DNA from: Felis catus
Taxonomy: Eukaryota
DNA length: 64,000 nucleotides
Assembly (NCBI RefSeq): GCF_018350175.1
Contig: NC_058368.1
Location: 149,918,001-149,982,000 of the forward strand
Direction of reading: 5' to 3'
How positions within the stretch are numbered: the stretch's first letter is position 1; each line of letters begins with the position of its first letter. A program made the position numbers and the translations under genes. The notes under the pieces are model-generated. The model saw only the letters and a program-made list of their open reading frames with translations, did not search any database and had not been told where the DNA came from. Shown here in pieces: positions 54,034 to 64,000 of this stretch.

Positions 54034-54389
54034 TTAGTGGATGAAGAAGAATGGATCAGCAATCTGTAAGACAAGGTAATTGAAAGCAACCAAACTGAAC
54101 AGCAAAAAGAAAAAAGAATAAAAAATGAGAACTAGTTAAGGGAACTTTGCAATATCATCAAACATAGTAACATTTACATTATAGGGATCCCAGAAGCAAA
54201 AGAAGAAGGGGTCAGAAAACGTACTTCAAGAAATAAGAGCTGAAAACTTCCCAAATTTGGAAAAGGAAACAGACATCCAGGTTCAGGAAGGAAACAGCCT
54301 CTAAGAAGGATGAACCCAAGGAGGTCCTCACCAAGACACATAATAATTAAAATCACAAAAAGCAATGAAATTTAAAAGAAGCAAGAAAA

Positions 54390-54526
54390 GGGGCGCCTGG
54401 GTGGCTCAGTGGTTAAATATCCGACCTCAGCTCAGGTCATGATCTAGCTGTTCAGAGTTTGAGCCCTGCATTGGGCTCTATGCTGACAGCTCAGACCCTG
54501 GAGCCCGTTTTGGATTAATGTTTTTT
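54390..54526 (+). mobile_element. Can-SINE missing its 3' CT-rich half
   Basis: TSD AAAGAAGCAAGAAAAG; head intact, then ...ttggattaatgttttt. Confidence 0.9.
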
Positions 54527-55050
54527 AAAGAAGCAAGAAAAGAAAACAGTTACATATAAGCCTATCAGCTGAATTTTCACCAGAAATTTTTTTGCAGTCC
54601 AGAAGGGAGTGCCATGATATATTCAAAGTGCTAAAAGTAAAAATCTTCAACCAAGAATAACCAGCAGGGCTGTCTTTCAAAATATATGGACAGATAAAAA
54701 GTTTCTCAAACTAAAGTTAACAGGAGTTTATCTCCACTAAACCAGGCTTGTGAGAATGTTAAAGGGAATTCTTTAAGTGTAAAGAAAAGGCCATAACTAG
54801 CAATAAGAAAATTAGGGAAGAAAAAATTTCACAGATAAAAGCAAATAGTAAATATTAATCACTTATAAAGTCAATATGGAGGTTAAAACACAGAAGTTGT
54901 AAAATCAATTATATCTACAAAAATTAGGCAAGGAATACAAGAAAATTTTAAAAAATATAGGACATCGTATAAAATGTGGAGAGTAAAGTAAAAATTCAGT
55001 GCTTTTTGAGTATGTACTTGTGACCATCACTTAAAATAGACTGCTATACA

Positions 55051-55544
55051 CTCTCAACAATAGCCAAATAGTGGAAAGAGCCTAAATGTCCATCAACTGA
55101 TGAATGGATAAAGAAATTGTGGTTTATATACACAATGGAGTACTACATGGCAATGAGAAAGAACGAAATATGGCCGTTTGTAGCAACGTGGATGGAACTG
55201 GAGAGTGTGATGCTAAGTGAAATAAGCCATACAGAGAAAGACAGATACCATATGTTTTCACTCTTATGTGGATCCTGAGAAACTTAACAGAAACCCATGG
55301 GGGGAGGGGAAGAAAAAAAAAAAGAGGTTAGAGTGGGAGAGAGCCAAAGCATAAGAGACTGTTAAAAACTGAGAACAAACTGAGGGTTGATGGGGGTGGG
55401 AGGGAAGGGAGGGTGGGTGATGGGTATTGAGGAGGGCACCTTTTGGGATGAGCACTGGGTGTTGTATGGAAACCAATTTGACAATAAACTTCATATATTG
55501 AAAAAAAAATTAAAAAAATTAAAAAAATTAAAAAAATAAAAAAA
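55051..55544 (+). mobile_element. Young felid L1 3' fragment (~0.5 kb)
   Basis: Perfect TSD AGACTGCTATACA (55038-55050, 55545-55557); A-rich tail; very similar to the reverse complement of 38915-39365. Confidence 0.97.
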
Positions 55545-55779
55545 AGACTGCTATACATATAGGATGTTATATATGAACCCAAAGGTAACCACAAATCAAA
55601 AATCCTATAATAGATACACAAAAATGAAGATAAAGGAATCCAATCATAACACTAAAGAAAGCCATCAAACTCCAAGGGAAGAGAGCAAGAGAAGAAAGGA
55701 CTAGAAAAGAACTACAAAAAGAACCAGAAAAAAAATTTAAGAAAATGGCAATAAGTACATAACTATCAATAATGACTTT

Positions 55780-56002
55780 TTTTATTAAAAAAATTTTTTT
55801 ATTATTATGTTTATTTATTTTGAGAGAGAAAGACAGAGTGCGAGGGGGGGAGGGGCAGAGAGAGAGGGAGACAGAATCCGAAGCAAGGCTCCAGGCTCTG
55901 AGCTGTCAGCACAGAGCCCAATGCTGGGCTCGAACCCATGAGTGGGAGATCATGACCTGAGTCAAAGTCAGATGCTCAACCGACTGAGCCACCCAGGTGC
56001 CC
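55780..56002 (-). mobile_element. Can-SINE in L1
   Basis: TSD caataat(g/t)acttt. Confidence 0.95.
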
Positions 56003-59000
56003 CAATAATTACTTTAAATGTAAATGCACTAAATGCTGCAATTAAAATAGAAAGTGTGACTGAATGGATTAAAAAAAAATAAAACATCTATAAGCTATCT
56101 AATAGAGACTCACTTCTGATCTAAAGATATATACAGATTGCAAGTGAAAGGATTAAATATTTACCATGCAAATGGGAGTGAAAAAAAAAACCAGGTAGCA
56201 ATATTTATAACAGACAAATTAGACTTAAAATACAAAAGATAAAGAGACCAATCCTACAAGAAAATATATCAATTATAAATATCTCTGCACACAACATAGG
56301 ACCACCTAAATATATAAAGCAAATATTAAGAGACATAAAGGGAGAAATCGACAGTTATATAATACTAGTAGAGGAATTTGACACCCCACTTATAACAATG
56401 GATAAGTCATCCAGACAGAATATCAGTCCGAAAACAATGGCTTTGAATGACACACAGACTAGATGGACCTATCAGACATACACTGAACATTCCATCCAAA
56501 ACACAGTAGAATACAAATTCTTTTCAAGTGCACATGGAACATTCTCTACAATAGATCATAGTCACAAAGCCAATCTCAATAAATTTAATAACACTGAAAT
56601 CATATCAGACATCTTTTTTCCCCCACAATGGTATGAAACTAGAGATCAATTATAAGAAAAAAACTGGAAAAAAATACAAACACATGTAGGCTAAACAACA
56701 TGCTACTAAACACGCAATGGGTCAGTAAAGAAAGTCAGTAGTGCATGGATACAAATGAAAATGAATACACAATGGTCCAAAATCTTTGGGATGGAGCAAA
56801 AGCAGTTCTAAAAGGGAATTTTAGAGGGATGAATTTTACCTCAATAAACAAGAAAAACTTCAAATAAAAACCTAAACTTACACCTAAAGGAGACAGGGGG
56901 AAAAAAAAGAACAAAGCCCAAAATGAATAGAAAGAAGGAAATAATAAGGATTAGAGTGGAAATAAGATAGAAACTAAAAAACAATGGATAAGATCAATGA
57001 AACCAGGAGCTGGTCCTTTGAAAAGATAAACAAAATTGATAAACCTTTAGCCAGACTTATCAAGAAAAAAAGAGAGAACTCAAAATAAAAAATGGAGGAG
57101 AAATAGGCAACACTACAGAAATACAAGGAATTAGAAAACAATACTATGAAAAATTATATGCCAACAATTCAGTCACTCAGAAGAAATAGACAAATTCCCA
57201 GAAACATACAGTCTTACAAAACCAAACAGGAAGAAATAGAAAATTTGAATGGACTGATTGCTAGTAATGAAATTGAACTGGTAATCAAAAAACTCCCCAT
57301 ACACAGAAGTTCAGAACCAATGGCTTCATAGGTAAATTCTAACAAACACTATAGAAAAGTTAATATGTATTTTCTCAAACTATTCCAAAAAATGGAAGAA
57401 GGAAAACTTTCAAATTAATTCTACAAGCCTAGCATTACCCTGATACAAAAACGAGACAAACATACTACAAGAAAATAAAAGTACAGGCCAAAATTTCTGA
57501 TGAAGATAGAAGCAAAAATCCTCTACAAAATATTTGCAAATCAAATTCAATAATACACTACAAATATCATTCATCACAATCAAGTGGTATTTATTCCAGG
57601 GATGCGAGTGTGGTTCAGTATTTTCAAATCAGTCAATGTGACATATCCTACCAATAAGAGAAAGGATAAAAACCATGTGATCAACTCAATAGGTGCAGAA
57701 AAAGCATTCAACAAAATATAACATTCATTTATGATAAAAACTCTTAACAAAGTAGGTGTAGAGGGAACATACCTCAGTATAATAAACCCAAAGCTAACAA
57801 CATACACAACAGTGAAAAACTGAAAGCTCTTCCTCTAAGATCCGGAGCAAGAAAAGGATATCCTTTCTCACCACTTTTATTCAATAACATACTCGAAGTC
57901 CTAGCTACGGCAATTACACAAGAAAAAAAAAAAAGGCATCCAAATTGGCAAGGAACAAGTAAAACTGTCAGATGACCTGATACTATACTAAGAAAACCCT
58001 AAAGATTCTATCAAAAAACTGTTAGAACTGATGAATGGATTCAGTAGAGTTGCAGGATATAAAATTAATATACAGAAATATACTTCTATTGACTAATAAC
58101 AAGGTAGCAGAAAGAGAAATTAAGAAAACAACCCCAGTTACAACTGCATCAAAAATTAAATTCCTAGGAATAGATTTAGCCTAGGATGTGAAAAACCTAC
58201 ATTCTTAAAAATAGAAGACATTGATGCCAGAAACTGAAGACCACACAAGTAAATTCAAAGATATTCCACAGTCATGGAATTGGTCGAATACTGTTAAAAT
58301 GTCCACACTAAACTAACCAATCCACAGATTCAATGTCATCCTTATCAAAATACCAGTAACATTTTTCACAGAACTAGAACAAATAATTCCAAATTTTGTC
58401 TGGATCCACAAAAGACCCCAGTAGCGAAAGCCATATTGATGAAGAAAAAAAGCTGGAGGTATCATGATCCCAGATATTAAGATATACTAATAATTACTAC
58501 TAAATTGTAGTAATCAAAACAGTATAGTACTGGGACAAAAGAGAGAGTCCAGAAATAAAAATGCATCTATATAGTCACCTAATCTATTATCAAGAAGGAT
58601 ATACAATGGACAAAAGATAGTCTCTTCAATAAATGGTGTCAGGGAAACTGGAGAGCTGCATGTAAAAAAGTGAAATGGGACTTCTTTCTAACACCATGCA
58701 CAAAAATAAACTTAGAATGGAATCAAGACCTAACTGTGAGACCTGAAACCATTAAACTCCTAAAAAGAAAACATAGGCAGTAATCACTTGGACATCAGCC
58801 TTAACAACATATTTATGAATATGTCTCCTCAAGCAAGATGATTAAAAGCAGAAATAAACGGTTGGGACTCCACTAGAATAAGAAGGTTTTGTAAAGCAAA
58901 GGAAACCACCAACAAAATGAAAAAGCAACCTACCACATGAAAATGATATTTGAAATGATATCTGATAAAGGGTTAATATCTAAAATATATACAGATTTTA

Positions 59001-59662
59001 TACATGTCCACACCAAAAAAACCCCAGTTAATCCAACTAAAAAATGGGCAAAAGACTTGAATAGACATTTTCCCAGATACCTACAAATGGCCAATGACCA
59101 CATGAAAAAACGTTCAACATCACTAATGATCAGGGAAACACAAATCAAAACTACTGTGAGATGTCACCTCACACCAGTCAGAATGGCTAGTATTAAAAAG
59201 ACCCAAATAACAACTGTTGGTGAGAATGTGGTTAAAAGGGAACAACTGTGCACTGTTGGGAGGAATGTAAATTGGTATAGCCACTACAAAAACAGTATGG
59301 ACTTTCCTCAAAAAATTAAAAATAGAAATACCTCACGATTCAGTAATTCTAGGTATTAAAGAAAACAAAAATACTAATTCAAAAAGATATATGCACCCTA
59401 TGTTTATTGCCGCATTAGTTACAATAGTCAAGAATTGGAAACAATGTAAGTGTCCATTAATAGATAAGTGGATAAATGAGTTACATATATATGCTGGAAT
59501 ATGACTCAGCCATAAAAAGTAAGATCTTGCCACCTGTGACAACGTGGATGGACCTACAGAGTGTAATGCAATGTGACATAAGTCAGACAGAGAAAGACAA
59601 ATGACACATGATTTCACTTATACATGGAATCTTAAAAGCAAAACAAAGAAAAAAACAGGCTT

Positions 59663-59880
59663 AATTAAAAAAATTTACATTTATTTACTTTTGAGAAACA
59701 GGGTGAGACAAAGTGTGAGCCGTGGAGGGGCAGAGAGAGAAGGAGACACAGAATCTGAAGCAGGCTCCAGGCTCTGAGCGGTCAGCACAGAGCCCGACGT
59801 GCGGCTCGAACTCACAAACTGTGAGATCATGACCTGAGGTGAAGTCAGACGCTCAACCGACTGAGTCGCCCAGGCGCCCC
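59663..59880 (-). mobile_element. Can-SINE in L1 3'UTR
   Basis: Full body; TSD-like aaaacag(g/a)ctt. Confidence 0.94.
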
Positions 59881-60786
59881 GAACAAAACAGACTTTAAAT
59901 AAGGGGGAATTGGTGGTTGCCAGATGGGAGATGGGCTGGAGGAGGGGTTAAATAGATTAAGGAGATTAAGAGGCACAAATTTACAGTTTTCAAATAAATA
60001 TGTCATGGAAATAAGTACAGCATAAGGACTACAGTCAATAATATTGTAACAACATTACACGGTGACAAATGGTAACTACATTGTGAGCAGAGAGTAATAT
60101 ATAGAATTGTTGAATCAATATGTTATATACCTAAAATAATATGGTATGTCAATTATTTTCAATAATAAAATAATAGTAGAGGAGATCATGATTCTTCATT
60201 CTTCAGTTCTTTATTTGGATCTGTCCTTTAAATGGATTTTATCTTCAAATATAGCTAGTGAGTTTTCTCTCTCGAATCCTTGCATATTTGAGACTCTTCT
60301 TGTACTGTCTTATACACACAAAATGAATACCTGGTATGTTGTATCACATTTTCTTCTATCTCTACTGATTAGCATTAAAGTGTAAGGCAAGAACTCCAAG
60401 GGTGAGATCAGGTGGTATTCTACCCAAGACCTACTAAATCAGATCACATGCAAAGTGAGCATCTACTATCTGCATTTTACTCCAACTCTCTGGAAGTTGC
60501 TAATTCCCACTAAAACTAAACAACCACTGTTGTAGTGCTCCACCATCTCCTATCAACCACTGCTGTGGTGCTGAAGGCCAAGGCCAACACAGTTTTAGCT
60601 CTTTATAGGGTAAAGATTGCTCTACGATCAATACAGCTGTTCATGCCTGCACTAACAGTAGCCTTAGGCTGGGCCAACTGTCCACCAGTTTACTGTGATG
60701 TGGTCTTTGAGTGGCCTAGAGAGGAAGAAGCATCTGGGTTTGAGTTCATCCATGTTGTAGCATGTGTTAGAATATCCTTCCTTTTG

Positions 60787-61815
60787 GAGGAGTTAAGATG
60801 GCAGAGAAGTAGGGGGACCAGCATTTTCCTAGACCTCAAACACAGATCTCTTGGAACACCCAGGAAATCAATCTGCAGAGTGACAGAAAGATCTCCACAG
60901 ATGGAGGGAGACAACTTGGCAGGACAGAGGTGCATGTATGCAAACTGAGAGAGATAAACAGTGGCATAGGAACAGAGGGGAGGGAACCCCTTTTGTGGAG
61001 AGACAAAAGGGAAAGACAGGCTGTGGAAGTGCAGTATTGTGCTGATACAAGAGAAAAATCCTCCCCAAACCATGACTGGGGAATGAGAAATATGGAGAGT
61101 GCCAGTTTCTATTTTGCGAACAGCTTTAGGAGCTGAAGATTGGAGTGCAAACTGGGGCAACCACTCTGAAAAACAGCGTAGAGATTTCTCAAAAAATTAA
61201 AGATAGAATTACCGTATGACCCAGCAATTGCACTACTAGGAATTTATCCAAAGGATATAGGAGTGCTGATTTGAAGGGGCACGTGCACCCTGTGTTTATG
61301 GCATTGCTATCAACAATAGCTAAATTATGGAAGGAACCCAAATGTCCACCAACTGATGAAAGGATTAAGATGTAGTATATGTATACAATGGAATAGTATT
61401 TGGCAATGATAAAGAACAAAATCTTGCCATTTGCAACAATGTGGATATAACTAGAGTGTATTATGCTAAGCGAAATAAGTTAGACATATGTCATATAATT
61501 TCACTCATATGTAGAATTTGAGAAACTCCACAGATGAACATAAGGGAAGGGAAGGAAAAGTAAGATAAAAGCAGAGGAAGGCAAACCATAAAAGACTCAA
61601 ATACAGAGAACAAACTGAGGGTTGATGGAGGAGAGGTGGGTGGGTGGGGTGGGCTAAAATGGTGATAGGCATAAGGAGGCAACTTATTGGGATAAGCACT
61701 GGTGTTGTATATAAGTGATGAATCACAGGAATCTATTCCTGATGCCAAGACTACACTGTATGTTTGCTAACTTGAGAATTGAAAACAAACAAACAAAAAA
61801 CTAACAAACAAAAAC
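60787..61815 (+). mobile_element. Internally deleted carnivore L1 (5'UTR start joined to ORF2 end/3'UTR)
   Basis: Starts ggaggagttaagatggcag; at ~61140-61147 switches to tgcaaactggggcaaccactctgaaaaacag; ends in (CAAA)n tail. Confidence 0.87.
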
Positions 61816-62329
61816 ACCTGGCATGATTTTACTTGCTAAAGATTATATTTTTTGTGATAATTAACTTATAATACTGAAATAAACTGTCAAAGTAAAAAAT
61901 AAAACAAACAAAAATAATCGCTATACCCAAAACAGAGTTTGTAACAAAATTAACATAAAATCAACAATGTTCTTATATATTCTTAAATAATTGGTTAAGT
62001 AATCTGATGTAATCCCATTTAAAATGGCAGTAACTAAAAACAATATCACACAGTTCCTGGTATAAAACTTTAAACATCTACCAATAAAAGCTTGAGAAAA
62101 TAGTTTATAATGTTTCACTGTAGAATGAAGAGGGATGGTAAAGTCTCAGAGACTGGAAGATAAAAGTTAAAAATTGACTTTTGTAAACAAAAAGCACCAT
62201 AAAGATTTGCTTCACATAATTGTCTCCACAAGATCATTAGTCTGCAATTAGAGGCCACTTCTCACATCATGCATTCCCAGAAGTTAACATCTAATATACC
62301 ATAGGAGTTATGATATATGAATGAATGAT

Positions 62330-64000
62330 TGAAAAATATTTTATTTCTTATCATTTTATTTCTAGTAACTTCTTCTTTGGTCTGTAAATTATACAGAAGC
62401 CCGTTAATTGCCAAATATTTGGGGATTTTCCAGATATCTTTGTTATTCGTCCCTAATTTAACTGTTTAACAGTATGGTTTAAACTGATTCACAATATGCC
62501 TTTCCTCAATGAATGTTACATGTGCACTTGAAAAGAATGTGTACTGTACAATTGTTGGGCATAATGTTTTATTTACATCAATTAAGTCAGGTTAGTGCTG
62601 TTTGAATCTTCTATATTATGGCTAATATTCTGTTTTGTCAATTACTGAGAAATGAGTGGTAAAATAGCCAAGTACAATTGTGGACTTGTCCATTTCTCCT
62701 TTCAGATTGATCAGTTTGTGCTTTATGTGTTTTAAAGCTCTTATTAGATATATAGACATTTAGAAATGTTATGTCATCTTGGCTAGTGAACTACTTTATC
62801 ATTATCCTATGTTATCACTGGGAATAAAATTCTTTGTTCTAAAGTCTCCTTTGTCTTACATTAATATAGTCACTCGAGCTTTCTTATACTTAGTATTTTC
62901 ATGGTATTTATATATTATAGTATTTCTACCCTACAGTATAGTTTAATTCCATATTATAGTATAGTATAATATAATATTTCCACATCTTTTTAACTATTTG
63001 AATCTTTCTATTTAAAACAGGCTTCTTGGGGCACCTGGGTGGCTCAGTCAGTTGAGCGTCTGACCTCGGCTCAGGTCATGATCTCGCGGTCTGTGAGTTC
63101 GAGCCCCACGTCGGGCTCTGTGCTGACGGCTCAGAGCCTGGAGCCTGCTTCGGATTCTGTGTCTCCCTTTCTCTCTGACCCTCCCCTGCTCATGCTCTGT
63201 GTCTCTCTCTGTCTCTCTGTTATTTAATGTTAAATAAAACATTAAAAAATAAATAAATAAATAAAATAGGTTTCTTATACATAGCAGTCAGTTGTATCTT
63301 GACTTTCTCTATGTATGACACTCTGGTCTTTTGTGTTCAGATCATTTACACTTTGTTTAGATCATTTACATTTAATGTTATTATCAGTATGCTTATTTAA
63401 ATCTTCCAACTTGTCTATTTGTTCCGTTTGTTCTTCATGGTTTATTTTCCCTTTTCTTCTGTCTTTTTGAATTAAGCATTTGTTAACATTTTATTTTGTC
63501 TCCATTACTGGCTTATTACCTATATGACTTTTTTCAACATTTGCACTAGAGTTTATTATATCCAATTTATACTTATCACCATCTTTCTTCAAATTATATC
63601 ACTTATTTGTAACATATAAACCTTAAAACAGTATACTTCTTTATTTTTTCTTCTGTCCTTGGAGCTATTTTTGTAACATGTTTTACTTCTAAACACATGA
63701 AAAAACAGACAATATACTTCAAACAGTCAATTACCCTTTAACGAAAAAAAGAGTCTCTTATATTTACCCATACATTTACTGTTTGTGGTGATATTTTTAT
63801 GTTTAGGCCCAAGTTTTCCATGTGGTGTCAATTTCCTTCTGCCTGGAGAACTTTAACATTTCAGGCCATCCTAAGTCTTCTAACGACAAACTTCTCAGCT
63901 TTTATCTGTTTGTTATTTTCATTGAAGACATAATTCTACATTTGATTTTTTTGTTTGTTTCTCAGTACTTTGAAGACATAATTCGTTTGTCTTCTAGCTT
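62330..64000 (-). mobile_element. Old L1 (L1MC/ME-like) fragments
   Basis: gttacatgtgcacttgaaaagaatgtgta, caattactgagaaatgagtggtaaaa, gatcatttacatttaatg. Confidence 0.72.
63028..63262 (+). mobile_element. Can-SINE
   Basis: Near-consensus body; TSD aaaa(c/t)agg(c/t)ttctt. Confidence 0.95.

Larger units (their letters stand above)
52120..60172 (+). mobile_element. Near full-length degenerate L1 (5'UTR, ORF1, ORF2, 3'UTR) with five nested insertions
   Basis: ORF1 relics (atagggatcccagaag, gaaaacttcccaaat), EN FFSSAHGTFSTIDH, RT region ~57400-58200, [19 protein letters not shown], 3'UTR ending tatgtcaattattttcaataataaaa. Confidence 0.92.

Noticed and set aside
52120..60172. Active full-length L1
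   Set aside because: ORF1 and ORF2 are broken by many stops, frameshifts and nested insertions.
60535..61160. 137- and 156-aa ORFs
   Set aside because: Cross LTR-like, old L1 and L1 5'UTR junctions; chance open frames.
63334..63370. Short tandem duplication tgtt(c/t)agatcatttaca
   Set aside because: Local slippage duplication in an old L1; no sign of function.

Overview
This is mammalian genomic DNA, almost certainly from a felid, because the abundant tRNA-derived Can-SINEs match the cat-type SINEC_Fc pattern and the young L1 3' ends are carnivore-type. The first 7.5 kb hold the 5' half of the cyclin H gene (CCNH) on the minus strand: four coding exons (175 codons, all GT-AG junctions in frame) and a CpG-island promoter; the rest of the gene lies left of the window. 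The remaining ~56 kb is upstream intergenic DNA made of Can-SINEs, L1s of several ages, MaLR/ERVL LTRs, hAT and Tigger DNA-transposon relics, MIR and L2. I found no second protein-coding gene and no evidence of a new multi-gene system. The most unusual signals are structural: (1) an 87-bp chimeric segment copied 1.8 kb away into a scrambled AT-rich SINE interior with a short flanking duplication; (2) a solo LTR with a 6-bp target-site duplication (class II ERV-like) inside an L1 ORF1; (3) a ~1-kb mini-L1 joining the 5'UTR directly to the ORF2 3' end; (4) a SINE/L1 tail-to-tail fusion lacking both poly(A) tails; and (5) a SINE carrying an extra 3' tag. Repeat subfamily names are from recall, not from a database search, and boundaries of old repeats are approximate.
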